64,000 nt of DNA from Octopus sinensis (GCF_006345805.1 NC_043010.1:39618001-39682000), one strand, 5' to 3'; shown: positions 24,556 through 38,600, counted from the stretch's first letter. Notes: generated by a model from the sequence alone, not told the origin. Numbers and translations are program-made.

Positions 24556-25735
24556 TTATATATTTAGGGAAACAGAGAGAGAGAGAGTGATGGAGATAAA
24601 AACTGTTAGACTTGATATAAAAACATATCAGGAGCACGCGCATAAAAAATAATACACATTGAAATCTGAAGAAATTATATGTAATTTCTAAACTCCACAA
24701 CTAAGTGTACAAATGTGTGTATGTGTGTGTATGTGTATGGATGCGTGTGTGTGCGTGCGTATGTGTGTTTGTGTGTACGTGTGTGTACGTGTGTGTATGT
24801 GTGTTTATGTGTTTGTCTATGTATGCAAAGAAGTATGCATTCACTATAATCACACAATAGATTAAGACGCTCTCTTCCGAGAATCATGTGATGATATATC
24901 ATTGTTTGAAAACCACATGATTATCAAAAAGTTTAAGCATCAGCACGTGTTTGCGTTACAGCATTTCCTCCGAGAGGAAATGGTCAAGACTGTCGCGTCA
25001 GTCATTGAAATAATTACCCCTATGATGCCACTCGGAGGAGCAGAAAACAGATGTAAGGTGAACAGAATAAACGTGGAAGAAACGGGGTTAAATTCAAATC
25101 GATATTTATCACGCACCCAATTAAATTTCTATGTGTGTGTGTGTGTGTATGTGTGTGAGTGTGTGTATGTGAGTGAGTGTGTGAATGTGTGTTTATGTTT
25201 GGATGTAACCGGTGCTTCAAACAAACTCCAAATATATATATAAAGTGAAAATTGTTTCATCTTTTTGCATCAAAGTGTGGTAACATTACTAGAGTCACTT
25301 ATCATATAAGAATGATATATATATTACATATATATAACCAATTTATTTATAATTTGATAATACATAGGCAAACACACACACACACACTGAACCAGAGAAA
25401 CACACATATACACACAAAAGTATACAGATCAAAAGAATAATTTAAATTGAGTATCATCAAAAAGAAACAACGTCCCGCTCAGGAATAATGTATATTTATA
25501 GTTATATAAATATGTGTGTGTGTGTGCGAGAGAGAGAGTGAGAGGAAGACAGAGAGTATTTGTGTTCGTGCACATGGGAGTGTATGTATATGTATATTTC
25601 TGTGTGTGTGTATATATATATATATGCTATATATGTGTGCGTGAGTGTGCATATATTATATATATACGTATGTGTATATATATATATATATATATAGATA
25701 TATATATATAATATATATATATATATATGTATACA

Positions 25736-25795
<60 letters not shown>

Positions 25796-25960
25796 GGGTG
25801 TGGTGTGTGTGTGTGTGTGTGTATGCGTGCATGTATCCACACACATATATCTGCATGTATATAAATACATATTTATATGCATTTGCATAATAAGGTGAGC
25901 GTTTGTGCTTCGGTGTTTGAGTGTACATATATGTATATATATATATACATATATATGTAC

Positions 25961-25999
<39 letters not shown>

Positions 26000-26006
<7 letters not shown>

Positions 26007-26373
26007 AAAGGGCTTAGTAAAATAAATTACTTTGCCGCATACTGAACTCATTAGAAATAGCAGCTAAAAAACTTTTTTAAAGCTATTTCTAATACTTAAA
26101 GAAAATCTCTCTCATATATAGTGTTTGCTTAATTCAACTCACAAAAGTTTGGGGGTAAGGACATCGAAAAATCAAATGCTAAGGTAATAACCTTAGCATT
26201 TGATTTTTCGATGTCCTTACCCCCAAACTTTTGTGAGTTGAATTAAGCAAACTATATATGAGAGAGATTTTCTTTAAGTATTAGAAATAGCTTTAAAAAA
26301 GTTTTTTAGCTGCTATTTCTAATGAGTTCAGTATGCGGCAAAGTAATTTATTTTACTAAGCCCTTTTATATAA
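26000..26373. repeat. Near-perfect 374-bp palindrome adjoining (TA)n
   Basis: Arms of ~186 bp identical except one 2-bp indel; 4-nt loop AATA at 26186-26189. Confidence 0.95.
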
Positions 26374-26471
26374 TGTAATAATTTGAATTCGCCTTGAATG
26401 GTCCCTTTGCATACTGAACACTTGGTGAAATTGATTAATAATTAATTAATTTTGCCCTCAATTGTTGAAAT

Positions 26472-26528
<57 letters not shown>

Positions 26529-26734
26529 TTTGTGTGTGTGTGTGTGTGAATGAATGTGTGTCTTGTAATATTTTTTGCGTGATGGAACAAAGAAATAAAC
26601 TTAGAGCATAAATGAATGCATATATTTCAGTGTTGTAACTGTACCAAAGTGACTCATCGATCAAATTTACGTCCATAAAATGGTTGTATTTATTCGGACA
26701 CTGTGGAAATATAAGCAAATTATATGTCTGTGTG

Positions 26735-26880
26735 GTAAGAATTATATGTGTCCATGTGGTAAGAAGCTTGCTTCCCAACTACATGCTTTCGGGTACAATT
26801 CCACTGCAGGGGCACATTGGGTGTCTTCTACTCTAGCCCCGGCCAAACCTATGCCTTTTCAGTGGATTTGGTATCGTCCA
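26735..26880 (+). mobile_element. SINE family A, 5' half, diverged
   Basis: GTGGTAAGAAGCTTGCTTCCCAACTACATG..GTGTCTTCTACTCTAGCCCCGGCC. Confidence 0.75.
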
Positions 26881-27017
26881 AATTAAATCATTATACTTTA
26901 CCTCTTTTTCAATATTATAGCTTATTTTTGGTGGCGTCAAACAGCGAAAAGGCGCTGGGAAGGGTGACTATCGAAACCAAACACGGTACATGAATTGGGC
27001 GCGAAAATGAATGTAAG

Positions 27018-27320
27018 TATCCGTCGGTTACCACGACGAGGGTTGCAATTGATCCGATCAAAAGAACAGGTTGTTCGTGAAATTAATGTGTAAGTACCCG
27101 AGCACCCCACGAACACCTGTACACTTAATGCAGTTTTCAGGGAGCTGGAGCGTGACACAGGATGTAACAGAGCTAGCCTTTCGAAATACAGGTACTACTA
27201 ATTTTTGCCTGTTGAGTGAACTATAGAAGCGAGAAATAAATTGCATAGCGCAAGGACACGACATGCGACTTGGAATTAAGCACAGGATCTTCCGCACCTA
27301 ACCACTAAACTATGTGCCTT
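27018..27320 (-). mobile_element. SINE family C variant, diverged
   Basis: CCGTCGGTTACCACGACGAGGGTTGCAATTGATCCGATC tail; body as 5102-5412. Confidence 0.75.
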
Positions 27321-27404
27321 TACAAATATAAATTTACAAACTAGATTTAAAATATACAAACGAAAGAGCGACTCTGGGGCAAGGTAAAACGGTGATCCTA
27401 AAGC

Positions 27405-27505
27405 GGCGATCTGGCAGAAATGTTAGCGCGACGAGCGAAATGCTTGGCGATATTTCGTCTGTCTACGTTTTTTGAGTTTAAATTTCGCCTAGGTCGACTT
27501 TCACA
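27405..27505 (+). mobile_element. SINE family B, 5' part
   Basis: GCGGCGATCTGGCAGAAATGTTAGC..GAAATGCTTGGCGATATTTCGTCTG. Confidence 0.7.
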
Positions 27506-27650
27506 TACAGATTGTTTAATTACTTTATTTAAAACTAAACACTTTCAAACTTCCAATACTGGTAGAATGCTTCACGTAGAACAGGGTTCATTTAAACATT
27601 TTTGACAACATTTTGTATATTAGAAGTTATTTCGTCAGAAGTTACAGAGT

Positions 27651-28485
27651 AACAATGGACAAATTCATGTTTGATAAGTGCCAATACACGAAACTCTTAG
27701 TTTTTGACTTACTCTCTAACTTCTGCCGATGATATATTTCTCAAGAAATGAAAAATATTCTTTATCATAATCAAACACTGTCGCAAATTTAAGAAAGATT
27801 ATTGGTGGAAGATTTAATGATGGAAGTCAACAATGTGCCCATGAATTTTGAAAAGAAATTTATCTTGATTTTAAAATGGAATTTCAACAAAAGTTTACAT
27901 TCATTAAACATGACACTATTATAGGTGCATTAGATTGCATCAACATACTTCCAACATCTTTATAAATGAAATTTGCAACTGCAATACAACTCCCGGTTGT
28001 GGTAAACAATCACAAATACCAATTGATTTAAAAGGAGAATTGTTTTTGCAACCAGCTAATGGACCCCAACACTTTAAATTTTGTATTACTAAAACCACAG
28101 CATATTCACTTACAAACTTTGTGAAACATGTTCATTCAATACTGAACATGAAATTACTTCCAGAATTGAATTTCCTCCTGAATTTTAATATCTTGTTATT
28201 CAAATTAATAGATTTTAAATTAATCGAAATATTAATATGGAAGACAGAATCAAATGTGATATAATGAACTTCAGTTCAAATAGGCAGCAAATATTTGGCA
28301 CACATTTTACTCTAAAAACTGGTACTTCATGAGTACCAACATGAAGATCAGGTCATTATAGCACACTGATTGAAACTGGAGATGATATTTGGAATGAAAT
28401 CAGTGACAACATCATTACAAACTGACATACTACATTTGCTCCCAAATTGCCTGACATTGTTTTATTATTTATGAAAGAATGTAAA
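27651..28485 (+). pseudogene. Decayed intronless ubiquitin-specific protease (peptidase C19) domain
   Basis: Collinear USP boxes across stops/frameshifts: NNG-TNSC (27651), QQCAHEF, YLVIQINRF, SGHY..WNEISD, FIIYER then stop. Confidence 0.75.
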
Positions 28486-29507
28486 AAAAACTAAAAAAAA
28501 AAAAATTAAGTGGAATTGTAATTAAAAATTAAATTTAAGACGGCGACTGTATGAGTGATTAATGATTATTTAGGAAGAAAATTCATAAATAAATAAAAAT
28601 TAACAAGAATATTTTCTTAAATGTGGAAATTATAAATGTTCTTTTCTTGGCGTATAAAATGGTTTTAATTTATGAAAAACAAATATTTACATAAAATTGA
28701 AGGTACAATAATAGTTATTTTTTATTGCAAAATTAGGTTAGTTAACGTGAGCCTTGTAATTGATGGCTTTGGGATCTTGTTGTTTGTAAGCTTTGGTGAG
28801 CCATTGTTCAACCAACAACATGGTAAAAATCCCTGCCATTAATTTGGTGTGCATAGGTATTATCAAATATTTCAATCATAACATATATTTAAATTAAGCA
28901 TGAAAAAATTGAAATAGTATCTTTCAGTATTTTATAAGGTAAAATCTTAAATTATTAATTATCTTATAACAGCAATGCCTGGGAAATCCATGGATTACAT
29001 GGAAAAATGTGAGCATGAAAAGTAATATTCTTAAGATTATAAACCTGGAAAACTACAGGACAAGTTATTACGCCTGAAAAAATATAAGACAAACTATTAC
29101 TTCAAGTAAAGTAAAGAATAAGAAACGTTTTACTTAAAATATTGCAGCTAAAATTAAGATGTGAATATTAGAAATTATTTTATTATATTTTACGAATAAC
29201 ACTATACTAATTTACTACCTTCACACAGAAAAAAATTACTAATTAGACAAACTTATAAATTAGCTGAACAGTTTTGTATAATTAATTTAAAAGAGGATTA
29301 GTATAAAGAGTGATAAATTAGAAGAGCTGGCCTTCTATGCTGCAATATTTTAAGTAAAAAGTTTCTTACCCTTAACTTTGGTTGAATAGTTTGTCCTGTT
29401 CTTTTACAGGTGTAATAAACTTTACCAAGTTTATTATCTTAAGAATATTATTTTTCATGCTCGCATTTTTCCGTATAGTGTATGTATGTATATATATTAT
29501 GTATATA

Positions 29508-29676
29508 GGCGCAGGTGTGTCTGTGCGGTAAGAGGCTTGCTTCCCAACCACATGGTTTCCGTTCAGTCCCACTGCATGGCACCTTAGACAAGTGTCTTCT
29601 ACTATAGCCTAGGGCCGACCCAAAGCCTTGTAAGTGGATATGGTAGACGGAAATTGGAAGAAGCCCGTCGTATAAA

Positions 29677-29713
<37 letters not shown>

Positions 29714-29950
29714 CTATATATAGATATATATATATATATATACTCTGTGCGTGTGTGTGTGTGTGTTTGCGTTTGACAACACCTATCGCTTGACATTTAT
29801 GCTCGTATGTTTATGGCCTCGTAATAGCAGTTCGGAAAATGTAAGCGATAGCTTAAGTACTTGGTCCATTTCTTTGACAAACATCACTTAAGGCGGCGCT
29901 CCACTATGGCCGCAGTCAAATGACCGAAACCATTAAAAGATTAAAAGAAT
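29508..29950 (+). mobile_element. SINE family A, full length, diverged
   Basis: Head GGCGCAGGTGTGTCTGTGCGGTAAG, core, internal (TA)n/(TG)n, tail GGCCGCAGTCAAATGACCGAAAC. Confidence 0.85.
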
Positions 29951-30119
29951 ACATACACACACACTTACACACACATATTTACGTATGTATTATGTGGAAA
30001 TGTTTCAACTGCTAAGAGAGTAAAGAATTGTGGTTTTAAATTTATGATTACGTATGTGTATATATGAGTGTGTGTGCGTTTGTGTGTGTATTTCAATGTA
30101 TCTATTTAGATGCACACAT

Positions 30120-30495
30120 ATCCGCACGGCTACGTGGTTAACAATGCTCTATTTCTAACCACGTGACCTCGTACTCAGTTTCAGTGAGTCACACACTAGG
30201 CTGGTAGATTGCTACTATATCTCAGGCCGACAAATGGTATATGAATGAATTTGGTGGGAAACTGAGAATATGAGTGTTGGGTCGTGAATATATATTTGCC
30301 TGAGTACCTTGTTCGTTCCCACCACGGTCTGTCAGCTGCTGGTGGTTTGTTCACATCCACATAATTTCGCATTTCGGCAAAAGTGATCGATAATAAAGTA
30401 CCCGATTCTACAATAAGAACTGGGGTGGATTTGTTCGATAATCTCACCAAGCTGCTGCTCGCCCTCAGTTCTGTGACTGAAACAAGAAACAGGTA
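30120..30495 (+). mobile_element. SINE family A, old copy
   Basis: Residual CTACTATATCTCAGGCCGAC, TTCGGCAAAAG, GACTGAAACAAG in correct order. Confidence 0.6.
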
Positions 30496-30576
<81 letters not shown>

Positions 30577-31074
30577 ATATATATATATATGCATATATAT
30601 GTATATATATAGAGAGAGAGATAGAGAGAGGGAGAGACAGAGACAGAGAGAGTATATGAGAGAGCTGGGAAGATCGATGGAAAGAGGGGGCGTACTTGTG
30701 TATATACTTGCGTAAGTTAACATGGAATAAGCGAAATAAAACCGTAGGTTTGCTTTTCATATCATATATCCTTTGATAAGAGGTCAATATATCTTGTTAA
30801 TTCTCTAGATGACTGATCTCAAAACTTGTATCATGTGTTTAAACAAGGTATTTGCTTTATTATTGCATCAAGGAAAAAAGGCAGAGCATAATCGAGGAAT
30901 TAGATAGTTTTGCTGTAACTTAGACTTTGATAATCGTGAAGGTATGTCTTCAAACATTTCTTATGTTAAGAATTTAATATTAAAGAAGATAACTTCAGAA
31001 GAATATCTGAGTTTCAATTTACGTTCTTTGCTACACAAAGAGACGAAGTTAAGAAATGTGCTGATTGATATTAC

Positions 31075-31261
31075 ATGTATATATAATATAGTATATATAT
31101 AATATTATATATATTATATATATATGTATATATATAAGATAATATATGTGTGTATATATATATGATATATTATTAGTATGTATATATATATATCTATATT
31201 ATATATATATGTAATATATATATATATATATAGATATATATAGATATATATATATGGTATA

Positions 31262-31293
<32 letters not shown>

Positions 31294-31397
31294 CTATGTT
31301 ATATATGTATATATATATATACGTATATATATATAGTATATATATATATGTATATATATATATGTTATATATATGTATATATATATATGTATATCTA

Positions 31398-31429
<32 letters not shown>

Positions 31430-31655
31430 ACATATATATATATATATATATAACTTATATATATAATATATATATATGTCGTATATATATTTACTTATTT
31501 TATATATAATATATATATTTACTTATTTATTATATATAGTATATAATATATATATATTTATATAATATATATATATATATATATGTATATATTATATGTT
31601 TACTTATTTATTTATATTATATATATATGATATATATATATATATATATATATAT
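31075..31655 (+). repeat. ~580-bp degenerate (TA)n tract
   Basis: Direct inspection. Confidence 0.95.
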
Positions 31656-33181
31656 TGGTGTGTGTGTGTGTTGTGTATGTGTGTGTGTGTGTGTGTATGT
31701 GTGTGTGTGTACATGAATGGAAACAAAATAACTTCATAATTTCATTCGCTTGTTATCCCTGGTGTCTATTCTATTTATTCTATCCACGGCTCCGAGCAAT
31801 CAAACGAATAGTAATCCGGAGATTATTTTATCCAAGAAATATCCGCAGCTTCTAACGATTGTAACCAAGGAGAATGGTGTGATCGAGTACTTTTATCATT
31901 TTAGTTTTCATCGGCTGTAGATCCCAAGAGTGTTGCTCTTTTGCGTAATAATATACGCCATCATTGATTCATGAGGTGTCATTGGCACAAATTAAAATCA
32001 ACTCTCTGTTATCAACCATAATGTTGATATTTATACACCCATACACGTGCACATGCACATGCACACAGTACACACACAGTCACATACACGGGCGTGAACG
32101 ATCAATACATACGTCTAAATGCATACGTTGGATGCTATATCGATTGAAAGGGTGTTTGCAGATCTGTATGTGTGCTTGCGTGTCTGTATGTGTGTGCACG
32201 TATAGCATTAATAAAACACAGAAAATATAGTTGGTAATTTATGAGTTATAAATCATACACATATTTCGTTATACCAACTGGAACGATTACACAATTGTTT
32301 GTTGAACATTACATATTCTTATTAGAATTCCTCATCGGTATTTAGTAAAAGTATGAACGACATTATATATATCTTCATTATGTAACTAATTATAAACAAC
32401 GCCAGGACATTTCAGCTCCGTTCATTATATAAGCACTTCCCAACACACACACAAAAGCACACACACACTGTGATGCACACACGCAAGCATACAGATATGC
32501 ACACGCCATATACTTTTACAGAGGCATCCAGGTGTGAATAGAAGGGCGCTTATGCGTTTATGTTTGTGGTTATGTGTGTGCCTTTGTGCGCGCATATTTC
32601 TGACACCAGCCTAAACGTGGATAGAGTAGAGTATTGAACGTAAAGCTAAAGCCAAATACACGTTCTAACACGCTCTCACTAGTGACATACACAAATACAT
32701 TCATATATATGACTATACACACGTACCTACAGACATATTTTTCTCATTACAGCTTCATAGTAGAGGCAGTATAACACAGTAAGTGCACACACTCTCCTAG
32801 GTTTGCCAAACTTCACTCTACTCACACGCATACAAGTACAATACCCATGTAAGAATGAACTCAGCTATTACGGACATACCAACTCCAAACTAGTCATCAG
32901 GCGCATTCAAATATTCACACACACACACACATCCTGGAAACAGCTGTAAGGTCTATTTATAAATGTTCCAAAATCTTCACAGCCTTGGTCTTTTATCTCA
33001 TTCTGAAAGTTTTTTTTATAATATACATATGTATATATGTGTCTGTATCGATACACTCCCACTCACACACATACATACATACATACTCACACACGCACGC
33101 ACACACACACACACATACATTCATATATATATATAATTTTACCTTGCTGATGCTAACGATGTAACTTCTGCTACTACTGTA

Positions 33182-33219
<38 letters not shown>

Positions 33220-33991
33220 CACTACTATTAACGCTACCATGGGTGCACTTTGGATAACTTGCCAATTACAATATTCTATAGCATCGAGAAGATATATCTA
33301 TTGGGTCACACACATAACAAGTTACATCTTATTTTGATGCGGAATTGCTCTGGAGTCATATAATGGCCTTGAAGCATTCAGCATCATGCCGTGGGCTTTT
33401 GATCTTGCTCTGCCATCAGACATGTTTATTGATGCCATTTTAATGTTTGTCTAACAATCGTTTGTCGTTATTCGAAGCTTGAGGAGCAACTGCATACATT
33501 CCAATAAATATAAATCTAGCCAGTCTGGCTAGTAAAATGCTGTACAGATCTAATTTTCACATTGTTGTTAGTTTCTCGACAGCAAAACCATTGGCACCGG
33601 AATATATATATGCACATAAATACTCAGAAACACACATACATGCATACATGCATAAAGACATATATATATATATATTTACATGCACACATAGACGCACGAA
33701 ATCACACAAACACACACGCACAGACACAGATATGCATATACTTTGATACTTTGATAGGTTTCGGCCATTATTGGCCCAGGCCATGTCTAACTTAATAGCA
33801 CCACCATGTCTAATTTAATAGCACTATATATATAGTTCTACTCATATTTATATAGGAATACAAACACGGACACGTACATAAGAAGAAAGGTAGATATACA
33901 CACGTAGTCGCGCTTGTCTATTTCTGCACACACACATGTTTTGCCACACACAGATAAACGTAGAATTACTTGTGTATATACATGTATATAT

Positions 33992-34025
<34 letters not shown>

Positions 34026-34040
34026 GATGCGAAGGATTCA

Positions 34041-34119
34041 GCGGATACATATGTTTCGGGCCTTTATTAGACAGATTTATAACAATGCATAATGTATGTC
34101 TGTGGCCTTCTTCAGCCGC
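34041..34119 (-). ncRNA. Type I hammerhead ribozyme (left arm)
   Basis: GCGG-CTGAAGA-AGGCC..GGCCC-GAAAC-ATAT-GTA-TCCGC; palindromic stem III. Confidence 0.72.
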
Positions 34120-34688
34120 GCACAACAGCTTCCACAAGGACATTAGGTCCCCAGACGAAACTGTTGATTTATTGACACCCAAAACTTCTACAACTAAATT
34201 TTATCAATCTCCTGACCACCATGTTTGGTCCGTAACCTCTATACATCCCTTATCTTTATATTTTTTAATATTTTTTTACATTTTTATCATGTTTATTCCT
34301 ATCTTTATTTTTTTACTTTTTACTTTATACCTTATGCTTTTACATTTATTTATATTTCTTATATTTCTTTATATTCTTATAACCCTTTACATCTCCTTAT
34401 ATCTCTTTATATCTTTATGCTCTACAATTTTTATATTTTTCTATACTTACACTTTTATACATTTTTTATCCCTCGTCCTGAATTCTCGCCCCTCCATCTT
34501 CACGTCTATATATGTATTTATATTTACATTACTTCAACATCCAAATTTCCTCATTCTACATTGAGAGAAGAAAGAGATGGACGCTTCAATTATGCTGCTG
34601 CCGCATTATGTCGTACGCGAATGAGAGGATTTGCATCCCCAACCAAGAATTTTTGATGTAACACATGTCCTTGTGGAAGCTGTTGTAC

Positions 34689-34764
34689 GCGGCTGAAGAA
34701 GGCCACAGACATACATTAACATTGTTATAAATCTGTCTACTAAAGGCCCGAAAACATGTACCGC
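34689..34764 (+). ncRNA. Type I hammerhead ribozyme (right arm)
   Basis: GCGG-CTGAAGA-AGGCCACAGA..TCTGT..GGCCC-GAAA-ACATGTA-CCGC; stem I GCGG/CCGC. Confidence 0.72.
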
Positions 34765-34901
34765 TGAATCCTTCGCATCATGTTTTTATTTTGATCAATT
34801 TACTCCACCACCTACACCACCAAACGGTATACACAGGTGCTTATAATTATCAAGTACTCACCCCGAATTTCTATATATATATATATATAAATATATATAT
34901 A

Positions 34902-35345
34902 TCTCTTATTATAAAAGGCAGATTTTATCTGCCTCCCTTTGGGAGTTATACAAATCTACAATACAGGATTTCTTCAATTACAATTTACCTAGCAGTTTTA
35001 AGAGTACAATGCATCGCGTCATGCCAGGTCCAGTTTTTAAAATTTAAACTCCAATTAAGCAAAATTTACAGAAAACTCACATTCTGGTGTGTGTGTCAAA
35101 TGCTTTTCTTAGTCTGGTTTACACCCACGCAAACGCACACGCACAGTGGGCAACGAAAAAATGAAAGTAAATGTAATATTTGTTTCTGTCTATCACGCTG
35201 ATAGATACATGAGTAAAATGTATGGGAAGCTAACAGATAACAGTGAGTGAAAATGTTCTTGGAAGAGAGTAAATTAGCGACAGTGATTTGAGGAAGACTA
35301 AACTGAAACTATGAAACAGTGTTTATGTATAAAAGACGACCTTAT
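34902..35345 (+). mobile_element. Helitron-like non-autonomous element, 5' part
   Basis: A|TCTCTTATTATAAAAGGCAG start after (TA)n; 3' terminus not found. Confidence 0.4.
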
Positions 35346-35350
35346 ATAAA

Positions 35351-35650
35351 CCCTTTCGTTACCAAACCGCCCGAATTTACCTATTCATATTTAAATGAGA
35401 ATATCAGAGTAAATCTCTTAGTACATTCGTGAAAACACGTATTATACTTCGTAAACACTTCAAATACAGTTTTGTACAAAAATCGAAGTGTAATTTTAAT
35501 TCTGTGAATTATGGGAGATTTTTTCCGAAATTTGTTCCTATTGTGTTTTCAAAATTTGTAATTCTGACAAAAAATGGATACGAATTTCATTATATCAAGC
35601 AGCGAGTCAGAATTCGAAGGATTTTCTACTGAAGACCTTACTCTATGACT
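35351..35650 (+). mobile_element. piggyBac-like left end
   Basis: TAAA|CCCTTTCGTTACC terminus and acidic leader MDTNFIISSSESEFEGFSTEDL at 35574. Confidence 0.5.
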
Positions 35651-35664
35651 GAAAAAAAAAAGCA

Positions 35665-36058
35665 TCTTTATATAAGAGTGAAGTTGTGTGTCTGTCCCGT
35701 TCGATTTACATTCGTAATTACTCCCACATTTTGCGGTGCAGTTTAACCAAAAGCGGGTATCTTATAGTCGTGATTCATATCGAGCCCTTCTGGGTATTAG
35801 CGCGCATCTACGATGAGTCTACGATTAAAAGAAAATTTACCATCATATTTTTCCATTTTAATGCATTTTGTTCGCTTTTATATAAGGGAAGTAACTCTCT
35901 AAAAATATCTACGATGTGTCAACGATTTAAAAAAAATTTACCTTAATTTTTTTTCAATTTTTAATGCATTTTTTTTGCTATTTTTTGGCTATAACTCTCT
36001 AAAAATGCTTATATAGTTATTTCCCTTACAACCGAGCAACGCCGGGCGATACTGCTAG
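35665..36058 (+). mobile_element. Non-autonomous Helitron (394 bp)
   Basis: A|TC start, 3' hairpin ACCGAGCAACGCCGGG, CTAG|T end; last ~40 bp repeated at 36138-36179. Confidence 0.75.
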
Positions 36059-36196
36059 TAATATATATATGATATACATGTATATATATATATATATTAT
36101 ATATATATATATTATTATATATATATGTATTTATATATATTTCCCTTACAACCGAGCAACGCCGGGCGATACTGCTAGTATATATATATGTATATA

Positions 36197-36281
<85 letters not shown>

Positions 36282-36377
36282 TATATATATAATATATAAT
36301 ATTATATATATATCTTATATATATATATATATATATGTATGTATTATATATATGTATATATATATATATATACATAT

Positions 36378-36780
36378 ATATACGAGCAAAATTGCGTCCC
36401 GTCCAAAGGACGGTGCTGAGTTGTCAAATATTTAAACCAAATTTTCTCAAAATAACTTCTCCGACCGACCCATTTTGTGACATTATTTCAAGCCAATCGG
36501 CTTTTTGTGCGCAAACTTCACGTGTATTTTGCTCGGGTACGCGTAATATCGATCGCAACAACTGATGTACTTGCGCGTACAAATCTACGCTCCCACGACT
36601 TTATCGATCGCATTATCCCCTGGAATCGATTTTTGTAATGTTTTCAAGACTTATACACGCCCTGATACCGTCAGTATCTACACATCAGATTTGAGCGCAA
36701 TCGGATGGAGGATGCCCGGTAGGTACTAAAAGACACACACAAAATATTTTAACATTTTTTATGTAATTCCTTAAAATATA
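36378..36780 (-). mobile_element. Helitron-like non-autonomous element
   Basis: Subterminal hairpin CCGTCC-AAA-GGACGG near 36400; CpG-rich body. Confidence 0.45.
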
Positions 36781-37525
36781 TAAGTATGAAAAGATAAGGG
36801 GATCTTTTTCGGACATAAATGTTACGAATGTCTAGCTGAATAAAACAGGAACCTAAAAGGCCTATAGGGAAAATTAACTGAGACCTACTGATATATAGGA
36901 AGTATGTACTTGGCATTACACCAACTCCCATATGTGTATGAGTTAGCGCCTGAATATTTATTAGTGGTAATTCGATACTTTCGTTTACACGGAAATTCAG
37001 GAATCGAAGTTACAGTACTCCCTAAGTTACCCTTACTACACTTATAGCCAATTATAACACTGTTGTTTCTTTATCGCTCCGATAAAATAGTAAATTTGGT
37101 TTCTTTAATGATTATACTTAGAAGACACTAACTGAACTTTACTCTCAGTTCTCAGCATGTATCTATCTGGCCACCAAATAAAGGTGTTAACCAATAATGA
37201 ATTAAATTTGTGTTTTGTTCTGTTGACTTCATTGAATATACAAGAGTCTGTGGGACATTTGCCGCCGCGTAATAATTAATATTGTAGTGGACATATTTTG
37301 TAACTGGGTTTTGTAGTCTATTCAAACGTATATGATTCCAAAAGAAAATCCGAGGACAATTATGTTTAATACCTGATTGGAAATTTCTCAAACATAAATT
37401 TTTCAAATACTTCTAAGCAAAGCCTAGTGTTACGCTATCATATTCGAAATATCCTCTTGTAAGTATATACATGCATACATTCATACACTCACGCACACAC
37501 ACACACACACGCACACACACACACA

Positions 37526-37563
<38 letters not shown>

Positions 37564-38096
37564 ACATACATACACTTATGTACATACATACATGCACACA
37601 TACACACATGGAAACTAATGGTGCTTTCGATGATATTTAGTATGCTTGGTTTCACTTTAGCACAGTTCCGTCTTTGTTCGAATTTACATTCTTTTCTGAG
37701 TTTTCCTCAAAGGAACGCAGCTCCGTCGTCTCCGATGCGGTCTTACATTTTCCATTCAATTTACTTCGTCTGAATTCTTCGACATAAAGGTATATCACAT
37801 TCTACACAAACAATTAAGTTAGAATATATTTTTTTCAATAATTTCTGTTATATTTTCGGAACTCAATAGTAGAATCTCAGTTCTCTGAAAAGTGTGTTTC
37901 TCTTAATATGATATATTAATATATTAAATTTCATACACATTCGAAAGCGATCAAGTATAACATCGAAACAGTTTATTATAACCGAAGGAATTGCTCCACC
38001 GATTACGTGAACCAAAGAAAAAATTTAAACGCGAGCTCTGGTTGGATCTTCAATAACGCTGAAACATAAATCATCATATATATATGTATGTATATA

Positions 38097-38139
<43 letters not shown>

Positions 38140-38247
38140 GTGTGTGTGTGTGGTGTGTGTGTGTGTGTGTGTATATAGATATCTTATATATATGTGTGTG
38201 TGTGTGTGTATGTATATATGTATATATACGAATATATGAATATGTGC

Positions 38248-38300
<53 letters not shown>

Positions 38301-38503
38301 CATACATACTAGCTGAATAAACAAATAAACGCATACATTTATATATATATGCATATACACACACGCACACACAATATGAATATATAGTTATGCATTATAC
38401 ATGTCTGTGTATATATGTATAATGTATGTATGGGAATATATGTGCGTGTGAGTGTGTGTGTATCTATATTACGTTTATTTATATACTTCTATATATATGT
38501 ATA

Positions 38504-38556
<53 letters not shown>

Positions 38557-38600
38557 TCTCACATACAGAACACACACAGACACACACATACATACATTCG

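Larger units (their letters stand above)
34022..34870 (+). mobile_element. Non-coding fold-back element with hammerheads, between (TA)n tracts
   Basis: Inverted arms 34022-34143 and 34665-34783, T-rich core, unpaired tail to 34870. Confidence 0.8.

Noticed and set aside
28760-28860. Minus-strand MAGIFTMLLVEQ, transporter-like
   Set aside because: No splice sites or continuation
31716-31907. Signal-peptide-like frame METK*LHNFIRLLSLVSILFILSTAPS
   Set aside because: In-frame stop after four codons; hydrophobic runs are common in T-rich DNA
33755-33785. GGCC-AATAAT-GGCC-GAAAC hammerhead half; similar remnant at 44325-44365
   Set aside because: CUGANGA core incomplete
33914-34656. 216-aa and 143-aa hydrophobic ORFs
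   Set aside because: Low-complexity T-rich core of the fold-back element
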